Assembly: GCA_000002445.1 (NCBI GenBank)
Contig: CP000071.1
Location: 384,001-448,000 of the forward strand
Length of the DNA: 64,000 nt
Source of the DNA: Trypanosoma brucei
Taxonomy: Eukaryota
Direction of reading: 5' to 3'
Numbering within the stretch: position 1 is the stretch's first letter; each line of letters starts with the position of its first letter. The translations under genes were made by a program, and so were the position numbers. This document shows positions 10,308 through 21,196 of the stretch, piece after piece. Below the pieces are notes generated by a model. It saw only the letters and a list, made by a program, of their open reading frames with translations, was not told the DNA's origin and ran no database searches.

Positions 10308-12719
10308 TCATGCACCGTGATGCCTTAGTAGTAGGCACATGAACAACAGCGTCGCACAAAACACAAGAACGCAGTCATCCCACTTCCACCCACCCGCGCT
10401 TTTGAGGGTTATTTCCGCATGTAACTCCCCTCGCAGTGCCAGTCCCTCCGTGGAAGCACCTTCAACATCCGCAACTCGCATAACATCGTCGTTGTACTTC
10501 GCGTTCGGCATCGGTAGCCGCAGCAAGCTGCTCAGTCCGTACGGCTGCCGGCAGAAATATAGCCACCACCACTGGAAGTTCAGTGACAGGCGTGCGAACC
10601 ACACCGCATAAAAGCCCAAGCCACCATCTACATCTCTAACGTGGTCGTAGAAACGTTTCGCCAAGTACAAACGCCTCTCTAGCATAATGAGAGGATCTGT
10701 TGCAAGTCCCTTGAGCTCTTGAGGGTCCACCGAGTCGTCGGGGTCAAGTGCCGTGTTGGTAATTATGCTCACAAACGCATCCCACACCCCCACAGGTTTA
10801 CGAATGTTGCCGCCCACACCAAGGCCCAACTGATACATGAAGCCCGCACTAAAGAGTGCCTCAGAGTGGCCGGAGCCCGCCGCCGCCTCGTAATGAAGCA
10901 GTGCCTTCGCCATATCTACACCAATGAAACGACTTTCACCATTGTAATAAAAATTTCCAAGCTGCAACTCAGAGTCGAAGTTGCCAGAGAGAGCGCTTAG
11001 TTGCAAAAGTCGTAACTTCAGCATATTGTATGCTTCCCTTTGCGAGAGGAGCATTTTTCGCTGGGTGTGGCCACCCCCTCTACCAATTTCTCTCATCGAC
11101 GGTGCGGAACCACGAGCTGTGCCTCGTTGTCGCCTTCCACTTGGATCACGGTACCACTGTAAGTACACCTTTCCTTTCACCTGTTGCTGAACCGCGCGCT
11201 CCGGTGGTCGACCGTCCTTTGCAAAGATGCCGTTGAGCAGCTGCCCTTCTTCCTCCTCTTCAATAATCTCGTCACTCAGCATCCGTACGGCTCGGCGCCT
11301 AGAGTCGGAGTGGCCGGTCTCAGCAAATGCAAGCCGCTCCAGCAACTGTACGAGTGTACTGTCAGTCGTGGGAGTGAAAGGGGTCTCTTCACCGCGTGGG
11401 AAGTACGGTCCATCACTATGCTCGTTAAACATGGAGCCGTGTGCCACCACGCGACTGTAAAGAAGCACAGCCTGCTGGCAGTCACCTTGCATTTGGGCGT
11501 GACGGGCGAGTTGCCAGAGCGAAAGGACACTTCCACGCAGCGCCGCAACCTTAAACAATCTAATCGCTACAGCAGGATCTTGTGGCACGCCGCGGCCGTG
11601 TAATTTCAAAACACCCAAATTGTACATAGCCTCCGTGTTTCCACGATTCGCACCCTTCCTGAAATACTTCGCCGCGGTTTTAAAATCCGGTTGACGTTTG
11701 GCGCCTGCATCCGTTACAGGTTTGTCGTTTTGGTAATAGCCAATCGCGTGCATGTACCCCATACCATTGAGCGAGGTTGGCTCACCCTTCACTGCTCCCT
11801 TTGAAAAATACGAAGCGGCAACGGCAAGATCCCGTGCAACACCCTGCTCCACAGCACGATCCCCAGTGGCATACAATTGACCGAGCGCACCATACGCAGC
11901 GTCGTCTCCCTTCTCCAATGCTCTAAGAAAGCAACTGCGGGCCCGAAGTCTATCGCGACGCTGTCCATTTCGTCCCTTAAGGTACATGTAGCCAAGCGCA
12001 ATAATTTTGTCAGTGGCGCCGCCATCTGCTCCATACATCAGCGCATGGACGGTCTCCTCATCGGTGGAAACGTGCCACTTACCTCCAAAAAGCATACGCA
12101 ACCGTGTTTCACCTATGGAACCAGGCAGCTCACCATACGTCATAGCCACCGCGTCCGCCGCCTCACGGAAATGTGAAACGGCCAGCTGGCAGTTGCGGGG
12201 AGCCCCAACACCGTCACGGTACCGGGAGCCAAGAGCCATGTGAGCCTCTGGAATGCTTTCAAGAGCTGCAAACTTGTAGTGCATAATCGCATGGGCATCC
12301 GACTGCGGCACTCCAACACCGCTTGCATACATGACCCCCAGCAACCAGTGCAAGCGTCCGTGCCCCATCGCCGCGCCTTTCTTGATCCATGTCAGCGCCT
12401 CCGTGAGATTGCTTTCGTCGTAAAGGGCCCGAAGGGCACGGTGGTATATTTTGGAGAGTTCCACACGACTTGCTGGACGTGATGCGTACATGGCGAGGTC
12501 AAAAGTTAAATACGTTCCATTAACGGGTTCAATACCTTCCACAGTTTGCTTTGGGTCCGTATCACCCTCCGCCGTGAGGGGTGGCTCAGAAAATTCAGTT
12601 AATGAGGAAACGTCGGAGGCGCAGGTACAAAATAGCAGCACCAACAACGCTACCAGCGGATCACACCGTATCCAGCGTCTGACGACCCGTGAAGACAAAT
12701 CACGCAATGGGCGTCGCAT
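10308..12719 (-). CDS. SEL1-repeat (HCP-like TPR) protein with a signal peptide and a C-terminal TM helix; architecture resembles SEL1L/Hrd3 (ERAD adaptor)
   Basis: Multiple Sel1-type repeats, e.g. ...LGVMYASGVGVPQSDAHAIMHYKFAA..., ...ALGYMYLKGRNGQRRDRLRARSCFLRALEKGDDAAYGALGQLYATG..., ...MYNLGVLKLHGRGVPQDPAVAIRLFKVAA... Predicted signal peptide MRRPLRDLSSRVVRRWIRCDPLVALLVLLFCTCA and a terminal hydrophobic segment VLVFCATLLFMCLLL. The ORF-track start at 13031 is a TTG; the first ATG is at 12719. Confidence 0.8.
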   Translation of the reverse strand: MRRPLRDLSSRVVRRWIRCDPLVALLVLLFCTCASDVSSLTEFSEPPLTAEGDTDPKQTVEGIEPVNGTYLTFDLAMYASRPASRVELSKIYHRALRALYDESNLTEALTWIKKGAAMGHGRLHWLLGVMYASGVGVPQSDAHAIMHYKFAALESIPEAHMALGSRYRDGVGAPRNCQLAVSHFREAADAVAMTYGELPGSIGETRLRMLFGGKWHVSTDEETVHALMYGADGGATDKIIALGYMYLKGRNGQRRDRLRARSCFLRALEKGDDAAYGALGQLYATGDRAVEQGVARDLAVAASYFSKGAVKGEPTSLNGMGYMHAIGYYQNDKPVTDAGAKRQPDFKTAAKYFRKGANRGNTEAMYNLGVLKLHGRGVPQDPAVAIRLFKVAALRGSVLSLWQLARHAQMQGDCQQAVLLYSRVVAHGSMFNEHSDGPYFPRGEETPFTPTTDSTLVQLLERLAFAETGHSDSRRRAVRMLSDEIIEEEEEGQLLNGIFAKDGRPPERAVQQQVKGKVYLQWYRDPSGRRQRGTARGSAPSMREIGRGGGHTQRKMLLSQREAYNMLKLRLLQLSALSGNFDSELQLGNFYYNGESRFIGVDMAKALLHYEAAAGSGHSEALFSAGFMYQLGLGVGGNIRKPVGVWDAFVSIITNTALDPDDSVDPQELKGLATDPLIMLERRLYLAKRFYDHVRDVDGGLGFYAVWFARLSLNFQWWWLYFCRQPYGLSSLLRLPMPNAKYNDDVMRVADVEGASTEGLALRGELHAEITLKSAGGWKWDDCVLVFCATLLFMCLLLRHHGA

Positions 12720-13387
12720 GGCATAGAGTGATAAAAAAAAAAATTGCAAATCAGGGATAACACAAACAATGCTTTCAAATGCCTGTGGGTCCGTCCTTCT
12801 CCTGGAAATATAACGAGTAACGATGTCTCCCTGTTTTTTTTGGGGGGGGAACAAGAAATCTAGAGAGGTTGAAATAGCGAGATGAAGGCCGTGTTCTCGC
12901 ACTTTTCTTCGTAAAACTTGAAGTTGATAGAGGCAAAGGGAACGGAAGAAAAGATAGACGAAAACCAAAAAAAGAGTTAACGAAAAAGTGTCAAAGGAGC
13001 CTAGACGCTGCAAAAGCCGCGAGTGATTCAAACAAAGTTATGGAGAGGTCGACATCACCACTCCCCCATCCCCTCCTAATCTCCTTGGGAAGGGGAGTAG
13101 AAAGCGAAAACTGTATAGGTGACGAAGCACGTTCCCTGTAGAAATCACGGTACTCACCACCCATTAGCCCATCCATCACCTTCTCATCTACCTCATTCCT
13201 CTGAAGTAGTTAACCGACATTAATCATTACCGCCTGTCGTTACCTAGTCCCCACACATCACATTTCCGGGAATATGCCTGTTTCCACGCAAAACCTGTGC
13301 ACACTATTCTCCACAGTAAGACTCGTCCATTGCTAAGCAGTCCAGTTGCCTAAGCACGCCCTATCAGTTTGCCGTCCAGCAGCACCT

Positions 13388-16300
13388 TCAAAAGAGCGCC
13401 TCCACAGCGGCAGTTTCAGATCGGTCGGCCAGCGTGCACGCCAGTGAAATGCAGACCCTCTTCCCCTCGCCGGATACTGACAGCATTTTATGCACGTCGT
13501 CACGACCAACTGGTAAGCGGATTCTTATTTTTCCCGATGAACGCATGTCCGCCTCGTTACTCTCCACAATACCAAAGCAGGTGATGGGAAATCCATCCGG
13601 CAAATCCACAAGAGAACGGCAATTTGGGTAGTGAAATGCTTGAGCATCGCAGTTAGTCAACGACTCTGTTTTATGGGAAACCGCCACACCCTGAGCAGGT
13701 GAAGAAGAAATAACTCTTATGGAGAAGGCTACGACACTGTGCGCCAACGCAGCACAGACAAAGTCAACCGTTAGATCAGAGGCGTCCGCCACATCCGTAA
13801 ACACCAACGACTCAAAATGACTCAACTCCCCTGTAAACAACGTCGTCGTTCGCCGCCCGCCCACTATGATTGGTTCCTCCCCCTTGTAAAGTTCCGAAAC
13901 TTGTTGCTTCACATGTCTCAACCTAGTGGCTTCGTAATACTCAAAGATAGGCGCCAAGTATCGCCCCCACATACCCCTACGAATTGCGGACGCCTTTGGC
14001 TGCATGCTTTTCCGTAACAATCCTTCGTCCCTAACCACCTGAACGGTGTGAACCGTACCACTCCACTTGGGCAATGAAGAAGACTTTGTTGCCTCAGCCG
14101 AGGTGCTGCTGCGCTTCGGCCGAAAATCATGAGCATGTGGAAGGAGACCAAGGATTCTACTACTCGGCAGGCTGTCCGCGCCGGCAGCACCGCAGGCAAT
14201 GCCGTCTTGCTTGTGCACAAGAAACCTCTTATTCACGACACTGGCATTGAGGCCTTTGATAGGATCCACTAACTCCGTGGCAAATCGTGCCCACTGCTCC
14301 TCCTGCCTCTTTGCAAGGTGAATGATGTGTGTGGGTTGCAGCCGCCGCACCGCCTCAACAGTCATGCGTCTTCCGGTGCTTAAGACCCAACCATGTGTAT
14401 TAACGATGATAGGGTACCGCTTCCGCAACTGTTCGGCGACGCCGCAAATACGCGTCAGCGCTGTAGCGCCAGCGACCGGACAGCGAAGCCGCGTACCACC
14501 AACGTAATACCCCCTCACAAAATCAACACCATCACTTTCGTGGGGTGCTAGAAGGGGTTTGCTAACACAATAGAGCGACAGAACACCAGGTGGTCCAAAC
14601 TCCGGCTGCCCGATGTCGAGCTCAAGCCAATAACAAACACCGTGCTGTGATAGAAGCGCGTTCGCGAGAAAACGACAAAGTGTTGACTTACCGATACCCT
14701 TCGATCCAAGAACGACGACAGCTCCTGAACCGTGCCTCACTACAGCCGGCACCACATCAGGAAGCAGCGCTGCGTCAACGCCCGGAACAGGTTGTCGAGC
14801 GAGAAAGAGTGGGACTTCAACAAATGAATCAGAGTGAAGTTTCCCCCTGTGCCTACCTCCTCCATTTTCCCGCTTGCTAGAACTTGTGTCTCTTGGCACA
14901 AGATAGCGGCGCCGAGTTGGTGCCTTCTCGTGGGATTTGTAGGGCTGAACAACGAGCACAACACAGGAGTTATCGGCAGCATGACGGCCTTCTTGCACTC
15001 TTGCGACGCTCGCCTCGACCCAATCCCAGTCAACTGTGCCGAACATTTCTAAGTCATCTGCTTCACAATCCCTTTCGGAAGCAGTATCACCAGCTGCTGT
15101 CGGCTCTCCGATGCCCATAAACCGACAAAAAGACGCTGACGCTGGTGGGGCAACCACAACGCAGTCATCGGCCGCCGGCAGATGCAGCTGCCGCTTAGGA
15201 ACCGGTAGCGACTCCGATGCAGCACTTTTGCTCTTGAGAGGCCGTACGGGCATCACGACAACCTTTTGTGAATCACTCAGAAGAGTAATATGCTTCCTAC
15301 CCAAGAAGAAGCCCCCCACGGTGATCTCGCCGATCCCAAACCCGATGATACAACATGGTCCTTGAACAGTTATAGAGTTCCTCACGTGCAGAAGTGTGTG
15401 GTGACACGGTGCAGCAGCAGCCCGATTAATATGCATCTCAAACAGCACTCCACCGTAGCGCTGGCAGCGGCCTGTGGATACGGCAGCCCCAGCGGCAGTT
15501 TCATTACCAACGCCAATTTCTGTGCCCTCATCTGCAATGTGCTGGTTCCCTGGAGATCGTGCACCTTCCTGCAGGCGCCGCTGCTGTTGGAAACCAAAGC
15601 CCCGCTTCACCGACATAACTTTTACCGTTCCCCCGTTCGCCTCAGCACAACAGTCGCCGAAATTGACCCCTGAATCGGCAATCTTCCTTTCCTCTTCGGA
15701 TTCTTCGGATTCTTCGTATTCCTCGGATTCTTCAGTCTCTTCATCAAGAAGACCACTCACAGGTGGAAGATCCTCGCTATCGTACCCGGAGAAGTGCCGG
15801 TCGATATTCCGTATCTCTCTCGCGGCAGATGCGCTGCGCCCAACAGCATTACCGGTGAGAGTACGGCAACCTTCATCATCAAACGATGACGTCTCGGAGG
15901 GGTTTGAATCGCTGCTGTCACTTCCCACGGAACCAAAACGAATGACGTCTCCGCCGTCGGCAAACAAACCAAGCGGTCCGCTTGTGCTGGTCATATTCTT
16001 CACATTGCGCTGCGCACGCCGTAACTGCTGTCGTTGCTCCGCTGTGTGACGTGGGAGTCGGCCCACCGAAATCAAAGGTTTTTTGACTCCACTGAAGTCC
16101 CGTTCATCAGCAACCTCTGTGCAATACTTGAGTGCGGAAAACTTTCGCCGCCTGATCACGTCAGTGGCATCGTCCCCCACAGCAGGGTTCTGCTGCTCGG
16201 CAACGTTATCCCTCGCCAGCGCGGCCTGAGCCTCAATGCGGGCAAGCGCCTTGTCCGGTATCTTAAAGCGTTTTAACGGCGGCCCCACATCCGCTTCGTC

Positions 16301-16492
16301 ACCGACGTCACGTCTGTCGCCTTTTCCTTCGTGTTGGTTTCCCAAGTCTGCTGCTATGGCGTCGGCAGAAACACTCCAAGAGCATATATTAACAGCTGGA
16401 AAATCGGTGCCATCGCGGGCCTTTTTTTCTTCCCCCTCCCCAACATCAACCTCCGTGATGCCTGCTGTTAACGGTTGTCGCCTTCGTCGCAT
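13388..16492 (-). CDS. Clp1/Grc3/NOL9-family polynucleotide 5'-kinase-like protein (pre-rRNA processing), with long kinetoplastid-specific extensions
   Basis: 1034 aa. Central P-loop VVVLGSKGIGKSTLCRFLANALL closely matches the Clp1/Grc3 Walker A context (GxxGxGKST-F/L-CR-Y/F-L). Downstream ...IVNTHGW... matches the Grc3/NOL9 'NTxGW' motif. Acidic E/S-rich linker (EETEESEEYEESEESEEE). Genuine ATG at 16492. Confidence 0.7.
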   Translation of the reverse strand: MRRRRQPLTAGITEVDVGEGEEKKARDGTDFPAVNICSWSVSADAIAADLGNQHEGKGDRRDVGDEADVGPPLKRFKIPDKALARIEAQAALARDNVAEQQNPAVGDDATDVIRRRKFSALKYCTEVADERDFSGVKKPLISVGRLPRHTAEQRQQLRRAQRNVKNMTSTSGPLGLFADGGDVIRFGSVGSDSSDSNPSETSSFDDEGCRTLTGNAVGRSASAAREIRNIDRHFSGYDSEDLPPVSGLLDEETEESEEYEESEESEEERKIADSGVNFGDCCAEANGGTVKVMSVKRGFGFQQQRRLQEGARSPGNQHIADEGTEIGVGNETAAGAAVSTGRCQRYGGVLFEMHINRAAAAPCHHTLLHVRNSITVQGPCCIIGFGIGEITVGGFFLGRKHITLLSDSQKVVVMPVRPLKSKSAASESLPVPKRQLHLPAADDCVVVAPPASASFCRFMGIGEPTAAGDTASERDCEADDLEMFGTVDWDWVEASVARVQEGRHAADNSCVVLVVQPYKSHEKAPTRRRYLVPRDTSSSKRENGGGRHRGKLHSDSFVEVPLFLARQPVPGVDAALLPDVVPAVVRHGSGAVVVLGSKGIGKSTLCRFLANALLSQHGVCYWLELDIGQPEFGPPGVLSLYCVSKPLLAPHESDGVDFVRGYYVGGTRLRCPVAGATALTRICGVAEQLRKRYPIIVNTHGWVLSTGRRMTVEAVRRLQPTHIIHLAKRQEEQWARFATELVDPIKGLNASVVNKRFLVHKQDGIACGAAGADSLPSSRILGLLPHAHDFRPKRSSTSAEATKSSSLPKWSGTVHTVQVVRDEGLLRKSMQPKASAIRRGMWGRYLAPIFEYYEATRLRHVKQQVSELYKGEEPIIVGGRRTTTLFTGELSHFESLVFTDVADASDLTVDFVCAALAHSVVAFSIRVISSSPAQGVAVSHKTESLTNCDAQAFHYPNCRSLVDLPDGFPITCFGIVESNEADMRSSGKIRIRLPVGRDDVHKMLSVSGEGKRVCISLACTLADRSETAAVEALF

Positions 16493-17509
16493 ATGACAAA
16501 CTGCGTGGGGGCTGCGGGTCCTTTGAAAAGTAGATTACGAAGGTAAAGCAAAAAATTGAAGAAAGATGAAGAACAAAGTGCCAGCCACCTGTTGCGTAGT
16601 GCATCACGGGCTGATTTGCATCCCTCTCCTGCGTGAAGCGAGCAAATCATATGCATGAAAAGGGTTCACATCGGCATGTTTATTTGCAAATGTATGTGGA
16701 CGTGACTTTCTCACCTCTCCCCCATTGAAGAGGCTATACGATCGCAGGGGTCTGAGGGCGGGGGGAAAGCGAGGGTGAAAAGATCCTAAACGATCTCATT
16801 CAACTCCACCAATATTCCTAGAAAAACCAAACCGAATACGACAAAAGTGCCATGTTCACCTCCGATCGTTCACTATTTTTTTTCATATTCCGTCCCCAAT
16901 AGCCCCCCCCCACTGCCCACAAGCTTCCACTACCTTCACAATTATCTTAGCTTCCCGTGCTTGTTATTCGCGTTAAACTTTTTACCATTTATTATTGTAC
17001 TTCCTCAGTTCGGACTAGCGTCTGCGCCACTCTCAGGGAGGTTTAAGTATATAAAGGGTGAACAAAAAGAGGCAAGCGAAGAGGAGGCCGCTTCCCCGTC
17101 TAATAACCTCGCCGGTGCGGCCTTCACTGGCACAACCCACCTGGTTTTCTCCATCCATACTCGCCGCCCTTAGCAACGCCTTTTCAGTCCTCCTTTTTCC
17201 AATAGGCCGCTCGCCGCCTTCATTTGGAATGTACGCCACCCTACGCTAGTTCGTAAAGGGGTATCTTCACTCTCTGTATGCACTTCAACTACCAGAAGTG
17301 AAGCCCCCATGGAGCTTTCATACGGGTACTTCACACAACATGCCGGCGCTGGCCCACCGTCACCTTTTGATTGAGTTATCACCGTGTCTCTTCCCCTTCA
17401 ACAATGGAAGCGAATCAAATAAGAAAGTAGCAGGGGAAGCACACGGTGGTACCCTTCCCCCTCTACACGCTTCTCGTGTCTTTCGCCTGAAGTTTGACAG
17501 TGCGTAGCG

Positions 17510-18970
17510 CTACTCCTCAGCAGACCCCTTTGATTCAGCGAAGGTTACTCGCTTTCCACCACTTTGCCTTCCCTTTGCACCACACCTTCCATCCGACTTC
17601 CCGCCAGCTGCCACCGCAGTCGCGACAGCAGTTCTCTCAGCTCGTGCAATCAACTGGCGCTTTTGCTCCTCAAGTACGCGGGCAAAAGAGTCCCGTGTCT
17701 TCTTTGATTGTGTTTCCCGTCGGTTTTGGCGGTTTACCATCCGTTGAAGCATCCGCTGTTGTGTTGCTTTGGCTTGCGCAACGCGCTCTCTCAGCGTTGC
17801 TTTGGCGGCCCTTCCCGCTGCTTTTGCCAGCTCGAGAGCCTTCTTCTGCTCCTCTTCAAGAGCACTGTCAGGTCCCTTCCGCTTCTTCTTCACGATGTTA
17901 TTGTTACTGATTTGCTCTTCCCGCTGCGATGGCCGCTGCTGCTGCAACTTACCAGCCTTCTGCAGAGGACTGGTCTCAACTACTTCACGTGCCCTCTTTG
18001 TACACCTCCCCTCCCTATTGCGTGCGCCCTCCGCCTTCCCCTTCTCTCCAGCTGTCTCATCGGCTCCGTCATCTTCCACGTCCTCTGCTTGTTGTCGGAC
18101 TTCTCGCTTTTTTCCACCAGAGACTCGAAGGGCATTATTCTCATCAATCTTTCGTCTCTTGTCATCCCCATCCGCATCCTTTAGCTCACCGTTGCCAAGC
18201 AACGCTCTCCTGCTCCGTACCTTCAGTTCTCCATCTTCACCCATACGAAACCGTAGTGTCTTTTGCTTTTGTATGGACTCCAACATCGCATCCCGCTCCT
18301 GTCGAAGAGATGATGGTATTTCACCAACAATAGGGAGAACGCACCGAAGGACACCACAATCAAACTCATACTCTGCCTGCGCCGGGTCTACGCATATTCC
18401 CTCTGGCATGGGAAGCACAAGACGATACTTCTTGGTGTGCTTACAGGTGTCCACAACAAGGGCCGTAGCGGTCGTCCCACTCACGTCAATATGCTGCGGT
18501 GGCACGTGATGAAGGGCTACACCCACAAGAAACTGCTTTCTTTTGTGATGCACCTCCACGCTATGTGCTGGCTCCTCCACGCGGGATGAAGAAGATAGCA
18601 ACGGCTTCTGCCGACTTACGGCGGCGGCATTAGAAAGTTGGCTAGAGGTGATAGCAGTGTCCCGCTTCGCCCCGCCGTTCTCTGGGGCCGCGGCGCCACT
18701 CTCAATCCGTGTGTCACTGAGCAAACGCTGCCGGACTTCTGCAGCCTCCTCTGGGAGAATAATGGCACCCTGACGTTTCACTGAGTGGCCACCAGTAACC
18801 GGCTTGGATGAAATGTTCTCTCTGTCAGTACCATCCGTCTGTTGCCTCTTCTTCCCCTTCAGCTTCAGCCGCCGCTCCTTTGCAGCAACCTCTTTACGAG
18901 CCGTGCGCGCCTGCTTGGCAATTTTGCGTAGCTCCGCCTCCTCCTTCTTAGCCTTTGATGTGACGGCCAT
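17510..18970 (-). CDS. Hypothetical K/E/R-rich protein with a central β-sandwich region (CS/p23- or PIH1-CS-like: ...KQFLVGVALHHVPPQHIDVSGTTATALVVDTCKHTKKYRLVLPMPEGICVDPAQAEYEFDCGVLRCVLPI...)
   Basis: The charged coding strand is far more protein-like than the S/L/F-rich antisense ORFs. The ORF-track start at 19198 is a real ATG, but the next 76 codons translate a pyrimidine-rich, PPT-like stretch, so MAVTSKAKKEE... at 18970 is the preferred start. The fold assignment is weak. Confidence 0.55.
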   Translation of the reverse strand: MAVTSKAKKEEAELRKIAKQARTARKEVAAKERRLKLKGKKRQQTDGTDRENISSKPVTGGHSVKRQGAIILPEEAAEVRQRLLSDTRIESGAAAPENGGAKRDTAITSSQLSNAAAVSRQKPLLSSSSRVEEPAHSVEVHHKRKQFLVGVALHHVPPQHIDVSGTTATALVVDTCKHTKKYRLVLPMPEGICVDPAQAEYEFDCGVLRCVLPIVGEIPSSLRQERDAMLESIQKQKTLRFRMGEDGELKVRSRRALLGNGELKDADGDDKRRKIDENNALRVSGGKKREVRQQAEDVEDDGADETAGEKGKAEGARNREGRCTKRAREVVETSPLQKAGKLQQQRPSQREEQISNNNIVKKKRKGPDSALEEEQKKALELAKAAGRAAKATLRERVAQAKATQQRMLQRMVNRQNRRETQSKKTRDSFARVLEEQKRQLIARAERTAVATAVAAGGKSDGRCGAKGRQSGGKRVTFAESKGSAEE

Positions 18971-21196
18971 TTCCGGTACACCGCTACGTCTTCCCTTGAG
19001 TTCAACTTCGGAATGAAAAGGGGAAGATATCTCTAACATCAGATATAATAGAACGAACAACAATTTACCGTGCAAACCTTTACAGTCGGTTAGTGAAATG
19101 TTTGAGCAACGTGGTAGTACACTCAAATGGAATACAAGGGCAACGGTGGGTCCAAAAGGGAAGAAAAATGAAAGTTCACTGTCGCATTCTAAAACCATTA
19201 ACTTGAACCACCCAAATCTCTCTCCACTTCAGGAGTCGGACTGCGGCTATGCTGCCGACATTCTCACTTGCGCTCACATGAATGCGTATCGAGTGGTAAG
19301 AAAATGCAGACGCGTTAACGGCCGGAGTAAGCAACAAGAACAACCAACTGCGTCCATGTGTGTATGCAAATGAAAAGAGAGGAGGAAAAAAAAAAAGCAA
19401 AGTGAGAAGCAATTGACGGTAATGATGATCGCACAGCGGCGAAGGAAATATATACTTTCATACATACATATACAAGGTGACTCTGCTCGAAACCGACAGC
19501 CGAGTCAAAGAGGCACCAAAAGGGTCCCCACAACATGCACACGAAGGCAAATACAGTGAGAAGAAAAAAGAAAGAAAGAAAGTATGGAACGCAAAGCAGC
19601 TGCCGTCGGGCCGACAAGGATAGGAAGGGGAAAGATGGAAGCAAAAGAAAGCAAGATGCAAAAAAACAAAGGGAGTATCATATGTTTATTCATTCCCTTA
19701 CACTTTCTCTCTTTTAGATATCTTTCCCAAACGTTCCTACGTTTCCCCCAACCTTCAACGTCGTTGTTTTCGTTTCTGTTGCTTTCATTTCTGTTTTGTG
19801 TGTGTCTGTGTGTTACATGGGTTCCACAATCTCACACGTTGAACCAACAACGCAGTGAAAGTCTAAAAGAAGGCAGTTTTAAACCCATGTACTTTCTCTC
19901 TACACTCTGTCATAAAAGTCAGAATACTCCCTTTATGTGAGCGGAGCAAAAAAAAAAAAGAGAAAAGGGTTAGAGGGGCACATAGAACCACTTAGTTTCT
20001 GAATAAACAATAACCGATCCCAGAAACGAGCAGCAACCAAAACAAAAACAGGAGGGTCCGGTGTGGAAAAGGGAGTGGGCACGGCTTCACATACAAATAT
20101 ACATCAAAACATATACCAACACATCATATACAGCGCATGGTCGACTGTCTGTCCTCGATGTCCAAAGAAACGACAGCCACCAACAATGTTAAAGAAAATT
20201 AACGTTTAGTTCGATCACCACGCCACGTGCACACATACATATCCCTTTCCACTCCCCTCCTCCGTTACTTCCTTTTTTTTTCTCCCTTCCGTTGTCTCCA
20301 CGAGTACTTAACAGGAACACCAACACTAAGCCTCCAGGGGGTGATTCGTCCTCTCCAAACGCACACACAATGAAATTGCCTCTTCCGAGTTAATCAGGAC
20401 AAAAAGAGGTGATCAAGTTAAAGAAGAAGCAATAATTACAAAAAAAAAAAAGAGAAGACAGTAAAATAACTAAAGGAAAAAAGGAATGAACGGAAGTTAG
20501 CAAGTCGCTAATCACAGCACATCCCCATACCTCACCGTTGTCAGGAGTACACTAACGCGCTTCACCGAAGGGTCGATATTTCGTTAGCAAACTCTTCTGC
20601 TAAAGCTTTCTCCTTAACCAAAACACTATTTTGTTCTTTTCGAGTGGCTCAGAGGGAAAATGGCGACGAAGCACCTCAAAATGAAACTACACAAACAAAA
20701 AAGTGCAGCACACAAAAAAAAAAAAGAAAGAAAGAAAGAAAGAAAGGGGAAAAGGCACACCCGTCCAGATAGAGTGAGAATTATCCTCCGTACTCAACGT
20801 TCACCACCCTGTCACTCCTCTTTCTTACACCACATCACCAACAGTACCAACATCCAATATTACAGCTACGGAATTTTACAAATCGCACTTTCTTGTCTAA
20901 AGTTTTCTTGACTTTTCTTTTCCTGCCTTTCCTCTTTCTTTGCTTTCTTTTTTTTTTAAAAAAAATCACTCTGCTTGTCTTCCCAAAACCTCCCAGTCTA
21001 TCACCCCTTCCCCTCTCCACAACCGCAAGAGTCAAAAATACTGCACTTGACAAACGGAGAGCCATAGAATGAGCCAAACGTGAAAAGAAGCAAAGTGCAA
21101 AAAAAAAAAAGAAAAGTGACGGAGAGCGAGTAAAAAAGAAGGAAATAAAGAAAACCACAGACAAAGTGAAGGTGGCGGGCCGTCACCAGGAAAAAA

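Noticed and set aside
12720-13031. 104-codon N-terminal extension of the SEL1-repeat gene (and the 38-codon extension at 47717..47604 and the 3-codon extension at 60820..60812)
   Set aside because: The ORF-track starts are TTG/GTG codons. The extensions translate T-rich, PPT-like 5' UTR sequence. First-ATG models give sensible N-termini, for example a signal peptide on the SEL1 protein.
17708-18509. Plus-strand ORFs of 158 and 246 aa overlapping the 17510..18970 gene in antisense
   Set aside because: They are S/L/F/C-rich mirror images of a K/E/R/A-rich sense gene, a typical antisense artefact, and they sit on the wrong strand of a unidirectional polycistron.
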